64,000 nucleotides of DNA, taken from contig OZ024759.1 of assembly GCA_964016885.1 (NCBI GenBank), positions 18,352,001 to 18,416,000 on the forward strand. The letters run 5' to 3'. Shown here one piece after another: positions 1 through 11,674 of this stretch. This DNA comes from Eledone cirrhosa. Its lineage: Eukaryota. The first letter of the stretch is position 1; the number at the start of each line of letters is the position of its first letter. A program made the position numbers and the translations under genes. The notes below the pieces were generated by a model. The model saw only the letters and a list, made by a program, of their open reading frames with translations, searched no databases and was not told where the DNA came from.

Positions 1-164
1 GAAGAGATATTATTAAGTGCTGGCTTGCAGGAAGAAGACATTGAAGGGGAACTTTTGGAAAAGGAAGAAAATGTACGCACACTTATTGATGATTTAAAGA
101 AGATGTTGATTGTAGAACCAGAGCAGTGTCTTGGAGGGTGGAGTTTAGTTAATGCTGATCCTGT
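1..164 (+). CDS. INPP5F: SAC2/INPP5F-like phosphoinositide phosphatase, exon (5' end outside window)
   Basis: Frame 1 reads EEILLSAGLQEEDIEGELLEKEENVRTLIDDLKKMLIVEPEQCLGGWSLVNADP. GGWxLI/VxxDP is the start of the hSac2 domain as I recall it from vertebrate SAC2. Donor GT|gtaagt at 164/165, phase 2. Confidence 0.85.
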
Positions 165-190
165 GTAAGTATATAAGTTTTAGAACATTT

Positions 191-1318
191 TCTTCTATCC
201 AACGTACATTTTATATGGCTGTGTTGTTCTCACATCACATGAAATGGTTTTGCATATGTGGACATATGGCAATAGGAAGACCACCCTTCTATCCAACGTA
301 CATTTTATATGGCTGTGTTGTTCTCACATCACATGAAATGGTTTTGCATATGTGGACATATGGCAATAGGAAGACCACCCTTCTATCCAACATACATTTT
401 ATATGGCTGTGTTGTTCTCACATCACATGAAATGGTTTTGCATATTTGGACATATGGCAATAGGAAGACCACCCTTCTATCCAACATACATTTTATATGG
501 CTGTGTTGTTCTCACATCACATGAAATGGTTTTGCATATTTGGACATATGGCAATAGGAAGACCACCCTTCTATCCAACATACATTTTATATGGCTGTGT
601 TGTTCTCACATCACATGAAATGGTTTTGTATATGTGGACATATGGCAATAGGAAGACCACCCTTCTATCCAACATACATTTTATATGGCTGTGTTGTTCT
701 CACATCACATGAAATGGTTTTGCATATGTGGACATATGGCAATAGGAAGACCACCCTTCTATCCAACATACATTTTATATGGCTGTGTTGTTCTCACATC
801 ACATGAAATGGTTTTGCATATGTGGACATATGGCAATAGGAAGACCACCCTTCTATCCAACATACATTTTATATGGCTGTGTTGTTCTCACATCACATGA
901 AATGGTTTTGCATATTTGGACATATGGCAATAGGAAGACCACCCTTCTATCCAACATACATTTTATATGGCTGTGTTGTTCTCACATCACATGAAATGGT
1001 TTTGCATATGTGGACATATGGCAATAGGAAGACCACCCTTCTATCCAACATACATTTTATATTGCTGTGTTGTTCTCACATCACATGAAATGGTTTTGCA
1101 TATTTGGACATATGGCAATAGGAAGACCACCCTTCTATCCAACATACATTTTATATGGCTGTGTTGTTCTCACATCACATGAAATGGTTTTGCATATTTG
1201 GACATATGGAAATAGGAAGACCACCCTTCTATCCAACATACATTTTATATTGCTGTGTTGTTCTCACATCACATGAAATGCTTTTGCATATTTGGACATA
1301 TGGCAATAGGAAGACCAC
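191..1318. repeat. 94-bp tandem satellite, 12 near-identical copies
   Basis: Unit ttctatccaacatacattttatatggctgtg...ggaagaccaccc recurs every 94 nt. This explains the staggered 71-aa ORFs. Confidence 0.97.
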
Positions 1319-1584
1319 CAAGCTGTAGAAAACTTGCATAATTCTTTCCTTTCAATTGAATGCAATGCAGAGTCATGACAGTTGGTATTGTGTACTAAAT
1401 ACTTGTCTTTTCACAACACAAACATAAAGAGGTAACAAATTTTTTCTGTGGAAGCTCACAGTTGTTAAAATGGGTGCATTGCCTAAAAAGTATATTTTCA
1501 TGCCTAACCTTTGCCATCATCATTGTGGCTCTTTCAAGTGGTATTAAAAACTATTCCTAACATTTAAATCAGTCACACACACAC

Positions 1585-2050
1585 TCATGTACACCAGGTC
1601 AAAACACAGAGGAACCAAACTCCCACTGTTATCGCCGCTGTCTCTCTTGCCCTCCCATCTCATGTAAACCAGGTCCGAACACAGAGGAACCAAACTGCCA
1701 CTGTCATCGCCTCCATCTCTCTTGCCCTCCCCAACTCTCATTTACACCTGGTCCGAACACAGAGGAACCGAACTCCCACTATCATCGCTGCCGTCTCTCC
1801 TGCCCTCCCCGTCTTTCATGCATATCAGGTCCGAACACAGAGGAACCAGACTGCCACTGTCATCGCCTCCATCTCTCTTGCCCTCCCCACCTCTCATTTA
1901 CACCTGGTCCGAACACAGAGGAACCGAACTCCCACTATCATCGCTGCCGTCTCTCCTGCCCTCCCCGTCTTTCATGTATATCAGGTCCGAACACAGAGGA
2001 ACCAGACTCCTACTGTCATCGCCTCCATCTCTCCTGCCCTCCCCATCTCT
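1585..2050. repeat. ~61-bp degenerate minisatellite with higher-order duplication
   Basis: Recurring ggtccgaacacagaggaacc...ccactgtcatcgcc...ctctcttgccctcccc. Confidence 0.85.
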
Positions 2051-2188
2051 CACTATTATGAGCAAATGGGGTCCCACATGCTGGCTGCCCTGCGGCCCTG
2101 ATGGACAGAATGGGAAAGGTGTTTCCCTGGAGGATGGTGGGAAAGATGCACAAGAAAGCCATTCCAGCTCTCGAGACTCACGCCTGCG

Positions 2189-3531
2189 GCTAGCCAGTTC
2201 TGTGCCTATGGTGGTGAGTAGGGAGGTGGTCCTAGGGCCTAGGACACCAGAAGTCTCCACTGCTACAGCTAGCCAGTTCTGTGCCTATGGTGGTAAGTAG
2301 GGAGGTGGTCCTAGGGCCTAGGACACCAGAAGTCTCCACTGCTACAGCTAGCCATTTCTGTGCCTATGGTGGTGAGTAGGGAGGTGGTCCTAGGGCCTAG
2401 GACACCAGAAGTCTCCACTGCTACAGCTAGCCAGTTCTGTGCCTATGGTGGTAAGTAGGGAGGTGGTCCTAGGGCCTAGGACACCAGAAGTCTCCACTGC
2501 TACAGCTAGCCAGTTCTGTGCCTATGGTGGTGAGTAGGGAGGTGGTCCTAGGGCCTAGGACACCAGAAGTCTCCACTGCTACAGCTAGCCAGTTCTGTGC
2601 CTATGGTGGTGAGTAGGGAGGTTGTCCTAGGGCCAAGGACACCAGAAGTCTCCACTGCTACAGCTAGCCAGTTCTGTGCCTATGGTGGTGAGTAGGGAGG
2701 TGGTCCTAGGGCCTAGGACACCAGAAGTCTCCACTGCTACAGCTAGCCATTTCTGTGCCTATGGTGGTGAGTAGGGAGGTGGTCCTAGGGCCTAGGACAC
2801 CAGAAGTCTCCACTGCTACAGCTAGCCAGTTCTGTGCCTATGGTGGTGAGTAGGGAGGTTGTCCTAGGGCCAAGGACACCAGAAGTCTCCACTGCTACAG
2901 CTAGCCAGTTCTGTGCCTATGGTGGTGAGTAGGGAGGTTGTCCTAGGGCCAAGGACACCAGAAGTCTCCACTGCTACAGCTAGCCAGTTCTGTGCCTATG
3001 GTGGTGAGTAGGGAGGTGGTCCTAGGGCCAAGGACACCAGATGTCTCCACTGCTACAGCTAGCCAGTTATGTGCCTATGGTGGTGAGTAGGGAGGTGGTC
3101 CTAGGGCCAAGGACACCAGATGTCTCCACTGCTACAGCTAGCAAGTTCTGTGCCTATGGTGGTAAGTAGGGAGGTGGTCCTAGGGCCAAGGACACCAGAA
3201 GTCTCCACTGCTACAGCTAGCCAGTTCTGTGCCTATGGTGGTAAGTAGGGAGGTTGTCCTAGGGCCAAGGACACCAGATGTCTCCACTGCTACAGCTAGT
3301 CAGTTCTGTGCCTATGGTGGTGAGTAGGGAGGTTGTCCTAGGGCCAAGGACACCAGATGTCTCCACTGCTACAGCTAGCCAGTTCTGTGCCTATGGTGGT
3401 GAGTAGGGAGGTGGTCCTAGGGCCAAGGACACCAGAAGTCTCCACTGCTACAGCTAGCAAGTTCTGTGCCTATGGTGGTGAGTAGGGAGGTGGTCCTAGG
3501 GCCAAGGACACCAGAAGTCTCCACTGCTACA
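2189..3531. repeat. 79-bp tandem satellite, 17 copies
   Basis: Unit gctagccagttctgtgcctatggtggtgagtagggaggtggtcctagggcctaggacaccagaagtctccactgctaca, starting at 2189, 2268 ... 3453. Confidence 0.97.
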
Positions 3532-3649
3532 GGCTTGACTACAAACCTGTCTTTTCTTTTATTAGTTTTATTCAGTCCTTCTTTTCTTTTCTTCTTTCTT
3601 TCTTTCTTTTTCCTAAGAAAATTAACCCAGTTTTTCTCTCCTTCTCAAG

Positions 3650-3721
3650 GGTTGGTGATCATGACCGTCAAGAAATGGATATAATATTGCTACTGAGTCA
3701 ACGAGCATTCTATGTTGGTTG
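3650..3721 (+). CDS. INPP5F: SAC2/INPP5F-like exon (72 nt)
   Basis: Polypyrimidine tract plus aag| acceptor, donor TG|gtaagt, phase 2 to 2. Reads (V)VGDHDRQEMDIILLLSQRAFYVG(W), similar to SAC2 DVDVLLLLSNSAYYVAY. Confidence 0.88.
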
Positions 3722-3777
3722 GTAAGTGAACTATTCTGCTATATTTGTTGTGGTGTGTGTGTATATATATATATATA

Positions 3778-4043
3778 AATGTTAACGAGGTGTGGTTTAA
3801 GGCAATCCAAGTAGAGATTACAAATACTCTGTATCAAGGATCGTTCTAACGTTTGGCTTTGTTTGACTCAACAAGACGATTATTTAGTTGCGGTGTTCAG
3901 GTGGCCGATTCCAGACAGTTCCTAGGTAAGCAGTTCCTGGAGTATTAATAATAAAGGAGTGAAGAATAACACAGATAGGCTGTACAGTAGGGTTTATTGG
4001 AATAAATCCTACTGTACAGCCAATCCATGTTATTCTTCACTCA
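3778..4043 (-). mobile_element. Fold-back element in (TA)n, Penelope-like pLTR remnant
   Basis: Inverted arms gagtgaagaataac...ctgtacagtagggtttatt / aataaatcctactgtacagc...gttattcttcactc, flanked by TA repeats. A related end occurs at 42380-42430, which carries a hammerhead. Confidence 0.55.
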
Positions 4044-4052
4044 TATATATAT

Positions 4053-4248
4053 ATAGGAACGAATAAGTCCCCGACGGCTGAGCTCAAGCCGTTTCGATGG
4101 CTAATTCTGGACTAAAGAATTAGCTGTCGAAATGGCTTGAGCTCAGCCGTCGGGGTCCTACTCGTTCCTATTACCCACTCTACTACCCTAAGTATTGTGT
4201 ACTTTGGTGCGTTATGGTCCATCTGGTTCCTTACCACATTTCCTTCGT

Positions 4249-4250
<2 letters not shown>
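4053..4250 (+). mobile_element. Fold-back element containing the 3' half of a hammerhead (family also at 29888-30085 and 43595-43712)
   Basis: Palindrome 4053-4171 centred on aattctggactaaagaatt. The arm contains GAAA-(t/c)ggct-tgagctc-agccg-TC (stem III plus GUC). TA-flanked. Confidence 0.65.
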
Positions 4251-4279
<29 letters not shown>

Positions 4280-4364
4280 ATTATAATAAATGTGAAGACT
4301 AAAATCCGAAGCGGGCTTGATAAGGATAATATATATATCAAAATATATAAAACCATAGAGCAAA

Positions 4365-4485
4365 TATTTATTAAAATAACAGAATAAAGTTTAAGCAAAG
4401 AATCGCTGCTTTCACCCTTAAGATCCCGTTAAGGGTGAAAGCAGCAATTCTTTGCTTAAACTTTAATCTATTATTTTAATAAATA
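4365..4485. repeat. Fold-back (~55-bp arms) centred on aagatcccgttaagggtGAAA
   Basis: tatttattaaaataac...ctttcacccttaa / ttaagggtgaaag...ttttaataaata. Related sequence at 27820-27985 and 28071-28085. Confidence 0.8.
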
Positions 4486-4551
4486 CATATATATATATAT
4501 ATAAAATGGCATAGACATTACAATACAATACAATGGGAAGAAACATAATAG

Positions 4552-4595
4552 TACCACTGATGATGTTGCAGATGTGTGACGAAAGAACTTTGATA
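4552..4595 (+). ncRNA. Type I hammerhead ribozyme motif (degenerate)
   Basis: tacca CTGATGA tgttgcagatgtgtgac GAAA gaac TT tgata. Confidence 0.6.
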
Positions 4596-5121
4596 GACTA
4601 AATATATATATATATATATTTATATCTGTATTTTTAACCACTGGTCAATCAATGATAAACATTGATTGCCAAATAAATTAACTAGGGAGATATAAAAGAT
4701 ACAGAAGCGAAAACCAACCAAACAGTGAGTGTCTCCTCTTATTATTTCTGGCAATATTATAACAATATGACCCTAACCAAGTATAACAATATATATATAC
4801 AATTTTTAAATGTAAACAAAACCACCCTGGTATGTTATATGTTTGTATATAATATCATGTTTAAGCTATATCTTATGTAATTTAATTATGATGAGTTTTG
4901 ATATTAAACTTTTGATATTAAGGATGAAGTGCACGTAAATTAAAATGTAATATAGTTTCAATATATTTATTGCTCTACATGAATTCATAAATTGTATTAG
5001 GATTTCATACTTTTCTATAAAATTTTATGTAGCCCTGTGTACGTAATAAATCTCATATTTATGAGCTGTATAACTTCTTCCCCTATAATTATTTGTTTCC
5101 GTATTTGAATGCACATTACTT

Positions 5122-5160
<39 letters not shown>

Positions 5161-5167
<7 letters not shown>

Positions 5168-5672
5168 AAGTTAAATAAAAGTCAAATGATTAAAATTTAG
5201 CTTCGTTTATTATTGCTATATATATTTCAGTGACAGCCATCTTTGGCTGTGACCTCTTCAGGCAGTTTGAATTAGTATGGTATAGACAAGTACATATGTT
5301 GTTTAGGTGTATAATATTGTCAATACTCTGATATGCCCAGTTCCTTGTTGGAGTCATATGACTCCAGTTCCTCAGTGAATTAACAACCCAACAAGGAACT
5401 GGGCATATCAGAGTATTGACAATATTATACACCTAAACAACATATGTACTTGTCTAAACCATACTAATTCAAATGCCTGAAGAGGTCACAGCCAAAGATG
5501 GCTGTCACTGAAATATATATAGCAGTAATAAACGAAGCTAAATTTTAATCATTTGACTTTTATTTAACTTTATTTTACACTACTCCGGAGTAACCAAACC
5601 AACCTGCGCACTTCGTTGAGTGCTCCAGCCTGCATACTGAGGTGTTGGTATACAACCAACATAAACTCAAAA

Positions 5673-5675
<3 letters not shown>
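5161..5675 (+). mobile_element. Large fold-back (~190-bp arms, 5161-5351 / 5388-5577) with a hammerhead in each arm plus ~100-nt tail
   Basis: Near-perfect inverted repeat. + arm 5474-5524 reads tgc CTGAAGA ggtc acagcca aaga tggctgt cact GAAA tatata TA gca, followed by AATAAA. TA tracts on both sides. Confidence 0.8.
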
Positions 5676-5719
<44 letters not shown>

Positions 5720-5724
<5 letters not shown>

Positions 5725-6078
5725 TAAAAGGAATTCCAACTGTGTCTGATTTACTTGTTTTATTTACAATCCTTTAAAATTATAATGATATAGTATGGTA
5801 GAATATTAAATGTCAAATGTTAATTGAACAAGTACGTTCATGCTTTTGCAATCTTGAGGTTCATATTCAGTGGTGACAGTCAAGTTTGCAATTGTCAGCA
5901 CTGAATATGAACCCGAAGATTGTGAAAGCATGAAAGTACTTGTTCAATTAACATTTCACATCTAATATTCTACCATACTATTTTATTATAATATCATTAT
6001 AATTTTAAAGGATTGTAAATAAAATGAGTAAATCAGACAAAGTTGGAATTCCTTTTATTAATATAATCTTCTATACAC
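5720..6078 (+). mobile_element. Fold-back (~155-bp arms) with hammerhead variant at 5908-5946
   Basis: tgaac CCGAAGA ttgtgaaagcat GAAA gtac TT gttca. The 3' part recurs at about 44030-44170. Confidence 0.72.
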
Positions 6079-6434
6079 TTTTCCCTGTTTGCAAGGGTGG
6101 GATGGGAACTGATTCTGGCTTGATTTCTACAGCTGGATGCCCTTCCTAACACCAACCTCATTTACAGTGAGTGCTGGGTGGTTTTTTTTCTGTGGCGCCT
6201 CCACATCCACTTTACAGTGTGGGCTGGGTGCTTTTTTGCCGTGGCACCTCCACGACCACTTTGCAGTGGAATGATAGGGACCCCTGTCCTTATCATCTCA
6301 TTTCTACAGCTGAGTAAACTGGAGCAATGTGAAATAAAGTGTCTTGCTCAAGGAAACAACACATCACCCGGTCTGAGAATTGAACTCACAACCTTTCGAT
6401 TGCAAGGCCAATGCTCTAACCACTAAGCCATGTG

Positions 6435-6437
<3 letters not shown>
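6079..6437 (-). mobile_element. tRNA-derived SINE family A (~340 bp)
   Basis: Head ggaggcacatggcttagtggttagagc (A box)...gagttcaattctc (B box), body ccttgagcaagacactttatttcac, RTE-like tail. Internal ~48-nt duplication in this copy. Confidence 0.9.
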
Positions 6438-6520
<83 letters not shown>

Positions 6521-6634
6521 GATAAATCTACCAAGAGTTTACGATCGTTAAATAATGAACTTTTTTTGTTTAATATAAGGAACTGTTTCATTGTTTATTC
6601 ATTATTTGTTTAATATTTTATATATATATATATA

Positions 6635-8225
6635 CTTGGAGAAAGCCTTCGACAGAGTCCCCCGCTCCATTATCTGGTGGGCTCTTAGAAAACTAGGCGT
6701 TGACGAATGGCTTGTGAGGGCTATACAAGCCATGTATAAAGAAACAGTCAGCAAGGTTAGAATTAACAACGAATATAGTGAAGAGTTTAGCGTAAAAGTT
6801 GGCGTCCATCAGGGCTCTGTTCTCAGCCCCCTACTATTTATTATTGCCCTTCAGGCTATAACAGAGGAGTTCAAGACAGGCTGCCCATGGGAACTCCTAT
6901 ACGCAGACGACCTGACACTCATAGCGGAATCAATGGCCGAGCTAGAGAAGAAATTCCAAACATGGAAGCACGGCCTAGAGTCAAAAGGACTTAAAATTAA
7001 CCTGGCTAAGACCAAAGTTCTAGTTTGTAGGAAAGAAAACAAGGCGGCGGTCCCTTCTGGGAAATGGTCGTGCTCGGTGTGTAGGAAAGGCGTAGGTAGA
7101 AACTCCATTTTGTGTCCTAAATGCAAAGTATGGGTGCATAAAAGATGTAGTGGGATCACAGGTAAGCTAACTAAGAACATAGATTTTACATGTGGCCGGT
7201 GTTCTGGTGCAATAAGTAGCAGCAAGTGCCCACACAATACTAGCTCTTTCAATTGCGCAGAGGGTTCTATAGAAATAGTGGACAGCTTCCGTTACCTGGG
7301 CGATAAAATCAGCAGTGGGGGAGGGTGCTCTGAAAGTACTGTAGCTAGAGTCAGAACTGGTTGGAAAAAGTTCAGAGAGCTTATACCACTATTAGCTGCT
7401 AAAGGGTTCTCCCTAAAAATGAAAGGCAGGTTGTACGATGCCTGCATACGAACAGCAATGTTGCATGGCAGTGAGACCTGGGCATTGTGTGCAGAGGATA
7501 TACGCAGACTAGAGAGGAACGAAGCTTGCATGCTCCGCTGGATGTGTAACAGTAATATACGTGAACGGCAAAGCATAAACGAACTAAGGAAAAAATTAGA
7601 GATAAGAGGGATCAGATGTTGTTTACTCGAGAGAAGGCTACGTTGGTATGGACACGTGATGCGCATGAAAGTCGATAGCTGTATAACAAAGTGCAGGGCA
7701 ATAAAGATAGACGGTAGCCACGGAATAGGCAGACCTAGAAAAACCTGGGACGAGCTGATAAACTCCGACCTCACACACTTACACCTCTCCAAGACAATGT
7801 CACTGGACCGAGACCTTTGGCGGTACTCAGTAACAGAGAAGACCCGCCTTGCCAGTAGGCATCTCTAACAAAATACACCCCGTCCCACCACCACCACCCC
7901 CACCCCATCCACACCACCCCGTCCTATGTAAAGTTATGTTGGTGCCGCGCCATCCGGGCCGAAACAAATGAGATCGTGTAGGTGTCACGACAAAAAAACA
8001 CACAGTCCACGCTGTAATGTGGCCGTGTAGGCAACACGGTAAAAACCTCCCAGACCCACACTGTAAATGTGGTTGGTGTTAGGAAGGGCATCCAACTGTA
8101 GAAAACCTGCCAGACAGTCCTATGCGAGCAAGACAATCACTCTTGCCTCAAGTGGGACTACCCCCGTCCAAACCCATGCAAGCGTGGAACACGGACGTTA
8201 AACGTTGATGATGATGATGATGATG

Positions 8226-8226
<1 letters not shown>
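6635..8226 (+). mobile_element. 5'-truncated RTE-clade LINE (ORF to 7868, 3' UTR, (GAT)n tail)
   Basis: LEKAFDRVPR, GVHQGSVLSP and LLYADD RT motifs. Cys-rich CxxC...CxxC...HxxC...CxxC insert. RTE C-terminal motifs GSETWAL, RLRWYGHVMR and GRPRKTW. Confidence 0.95.
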
Positions 8227-8280
<54 letters not shown>

Positions 8281-8593
8281 TCATACCTTGACTATGTTGA
8301 TGGTTAAAATTCAGCCATGGCAGTGAATATATATTTTATCTGATGAGGAGGTACTGTTGAAAATAGCTCAGTATAATAAAATATACTTGATCACACGAAT
8401 GTCTATATTTGTTAATATTTTGAATTAATATTAATAACTCCGGAAAACCAAATCTGAGGAGTGCTTCTAATCTATTGTAAAACTTTATTCATTGAACCTT
8501 GTTTAACCTTTATAAATATATATATATATATATATGTGTGTGTTGATCTATAAATTTTTATCTAACTCAATATTTCCTGGTAATTTTCTTCAG

Positions 8594-8667
8594 GTATGAT
8601 GATGAGAAGGAAGCTGTAACACAGTACCAGCAAGTTCTCCTCGAAGATATTTTGAAAATTGAAATTG
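8594..8667 (+). CDS. INPP5F: SAC2/INPP5F-like exon (74 nt)
   Basis: ttttcttcag| acceptor, G|gtaaga donor, phase 2 to 1. Reads (W)YDDEKEAVTQYQQVLLEDILKIEI(G), similar to SAC2 YDDEVDKVNQYQRLSLENLEKIEIG. Confidence 0.9.
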
Positions 8668-8827
8668 GTAAGATTTCACTAATTATTTGAACCTTTTTCT
8701 TTTCTTTTACTAGTTTTAGCTATTAGAATGTGGACAAGTTTCATGACAAAAGGGTTCAATATCTTAAGTCTGTGGCCATGCTGGGGCACTGTGTTTATGT
8801 ATATATATATGTATATATACATATATA

Positions 8828-9072
8828 TGTAGATAAATCTACCAATATATACGGTAGTGTCCAATCCGTATGAAGAACTCAATGTAATCCAAATATCATG
8901 AAAAGAGAAGATGTATTCAAAAATATTTTCGATGAAAATCACAGGAAAACAGAGTCAAGATAAATTAATAAAATCAATGAATAAAAACAAAGAAACAGTT
9001 CCTTATATTAAAAAAATGTTTTAATATAAGGAACTGTTTCTTTGTTTTTATTCATTGTTTTTATTAATTTAC
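8828..9072. repeat. TA-flanked fold-back element (arms 8961-9014 / 9019-9070)
   Basis: aaagaaacagttccttatattaaaa / ttttaatataaggaactgtttcttt. Related to 6517-6620. Confidence 0.7.
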
Positions 9073-9150
9073 ATATATATATGAATGGACCCGTTATTTT
9101 CTCCAATTCTGCCCTGCCCGTCCCTTCAATCTTTCTAATTTCTCATTCTT

Positions 9151-9272
9151 TCTTCTGATGAAGGACTAGTGTCCAAAATGTTAAGACCCTCTTCCTGCTA
9201 TTTCAAGTGTTAAACTAATATATTCCTTCCATATACTGTACTGTTTGTGTTGTCATTTCTGTTTACCTTTTA
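9151..9272 (+). ncRNA. Hammerhead-containing short repeat (CpG-decayed copy of the 49997-50120 family)
   Basis: tctt CTGATGA a ggac tagt gtcc aAAA tg TT aaga. Downstream sequence matches 50030-50120. Confidence 0.65.
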
Positions 9273-9407
9273 TATCCAGGGAGTGTAACGTGAAGTGGCT
9301 GTAGGTTCACCCAGGTGAACACTCAATGTTTATGTTCATGTCTGTGGCAAGGTGTAGGGCTTGACAGAGTTTATTGATTGGTAATGAAGGCTTAAGAAAT
9401 CGTCCTT

Positions 9408-9600
9408 GCGGTGGATTGGCAGTATCGGTAGAGGGTCGGACGCCATGCTTTGCAGCAAAGAGTTACGGCCCTTTATGGTCTAAGTTCAAATCCCGCCGAG
9501 GTTAACTTTGCCTTTCATCCTTATTGGGTCGATGAAATAAAGTACCAGTAATGCACTGGGATAATTGCTGGCCTTGTGCCAAAAGTAGAAATAATTATTA
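9408..9600 (+). mobile_element. SINE family B (~190 bp). Other copies: 11690-11942, 15540-15692(-), 15716-15905(-), 23917-24110, 47427-47620, 53784-53968, 54177-54360(-), 58700-59035, 59539-59733
   Basis: ggcggtggattggcagtatcggtagag (A box-like)...gagttcaaatcccgccg (B box)...gcctttcatccttacggggtcgataaaataaagtacc...(att)n tail. The middle resembles the Ceph/Sauria-type domain as recalled. Confidence 0.85.
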
Positions 9601-9911
9601 TATATATATATTTATATATAAATAAAATACAGAGTTACTAACTCATATTACTTAACCAATGTGTTACTTCTACCCTCGTAATTTTAGACACACGATTTAC
9701 TGTGTTTATTACTGCATATATTATTATATACAAAAGTTAGTACAGCATAATCGAAGCTCTGGCTGCAGCTAAGCTAACGAATGCAAACGGGATGTGCAGT
9801 TAAGCACTCAATAAGGTATATTACCTTAGAGTTATAACATTACGATTAGACAGCTTTGCAAATTGAAGACAGTGATCGATAAGCAAGCCACAGTAACCAA
9901 GAGAAGAGAGA

Positions 9912-10125
9912 CGATCGACTTTCGTCAAATCGGACAGAGGGAACAATGTTTCCATTGGTCTTTCCAATTGCTAATACTATCTATCGGTCGCAACTCCAGG
10001 TAGAAGGAGCAACGTGAAATAAAGTGTCTTGCTCAAGGACATAACGCATCGCCTGGTCCAGGAATCGAACTCACAACCTTACGATTGCGAATCCAATTCT
10101 CTAACCACTCAGCCACACGCCTTCA
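9912..10125 (-). mobile_element. tRNA-derived SINE family C (also 41945-42160 +)
   Basis: Head ggcgtgtggctgagtggttagagaattgg...gagttcgattcc, the same ccttgagcaagacactttatttcac body as family A, and a different tail. Confidence 0.8.
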
Positions 10126-10435
10126 GTGACCAAAGCAATGGAAAAAAACTGACTCAGGAAAATATGACAAACCTGGACCATCGTGTTGATATTATATAAT
10201 ATCTCCGCTAGGTTTCTGTAAATCCGAAATCAACAAAATCCACTTGTAGGGGCCTGCAAGTTATTGGTTTTGGAAGATAGAACAGTGGAATTTACTTTGT
10301 CAACAAGTTTTCGTTCTAGTCCGTTCCGGTTGTGAATATTAGCAGTAAACACGGCCAGTAGTCACATGGTTTTCCCGAAGGGAGGTAACCCCCAGTTTTG
10401 GCGATCACATTCAAAATTTGAACAAAGGAATAGAT

Positions 10436-10476
<41 letters not shown>

Positions 10477-10788
10477 TTTTAAAATGACAACAGAAGGCCG
10501 GCATGGAAGATATGTTGTAAATCTTATTTCCATGAACTCACTACATATTTCCATGGCCCAGCCCCCTCATCCATTTATGATGGAAGTCATGATGGTCTCA
10601 TCAGGTAACTTCAACAGGATTACAAAAACAGGGTTGCGTAGAACCCATACTTATTGTAGAAGATAGGGAAAAGAGAATAGCAAGTTGAAAAAGGAATAAA
10701 GAAAAAGAAAATGTGTCTTGAAGATCACCTGTAGGAGTGATATATTGTCTACAAAATAACTTAAATGAAATATCTATCTACCTATCTT

Positions 10789-11132
10789 ATCAGGATGGAG
10801 AGAGAGGTGCTGTACCCCAGCAAGTTTTATGAAAGGTGGGTGAAAGTGGCGAGAATGGCCCGAGTGAATGGGCCTTCTCTCTATATCAGCCTATAGGTTG
10901 AGGAAAAGGAGGAGAGGAAAGGGGTACTCACTCTTCGTACTCCTGGAGATGAGGGTTGCACATTTTTTCGGGGGTATGTGTTACCCATATGTAATGTCTC
11001 CCCCTATTGGGGAAAATCGATTAATTTTTAAATTGCATTTGTGATAGTATTTTACATGTATTTATTGTATAAAGTTCCCCCTTTGTATTTGTCCCCTTCT
11101 TTTGTGCCCCTGTGGCTAATAAAGAAACATAT
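10789..11132 (+). mobile_element. 3' end of Tx1/L1-like LINE
   Basis: Encodes RMEREVLYPSKFYERWVKVARMARVNGPSLYISL*, then a 3' UTR with AATAAA. Near-identical to 50892-51240. Confidence 0.7.
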
Positions 11133-11196
11133 CTATCTCTCTCTCTATATATATATAAATATATATATACATAAATATATACATACACAAACACAC

Positions 11197-11229
<33 letters not shown>

Positions 11230-11643
11230 GCTGGGTGGGTGTATATATTGGGGAATCTTCCTTCTGTTATTATTTTGCTGTTGGTAATATGGTCATATAT
11301 GTATATATATGTCGTTGTTTTTTTAATCCCAGAAATGACTGAAATCCAAAACCCACACACACACATACACCTACACAAACAACATTTCTTTAATGATTGA
11401 CATCTTATCCAGTATTAACCTTGTGGCTGATGCAAAATTACAATTGTTTTCCTTATCTCAACTGCAACTTTTTTAATAAATAAACTGCCCACACACTTTA
11501 GTGTACCCAGGCAGGTGGAAATTTTGGATTATAAGGATGCCAGGCTAAAATAAGATAAGATAAGAAATGGAGAAAATAATGGTATACAAATATTAGAATA
11601 TTTAATAGTTATGGCTGTGGGAATTAGTGCCAAAAAATAAATA

Positions 11644-11674
<31 letters not shown>

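Noticed and set aside
191-1318. CRISPR-like array or repeated 71-aa ORFs
   Set aside because: Units are identical over the full 94 bp with no unique spacers and no cas genes. The context is a eukaryotic intron and the ORFs are by-products of the repeat.
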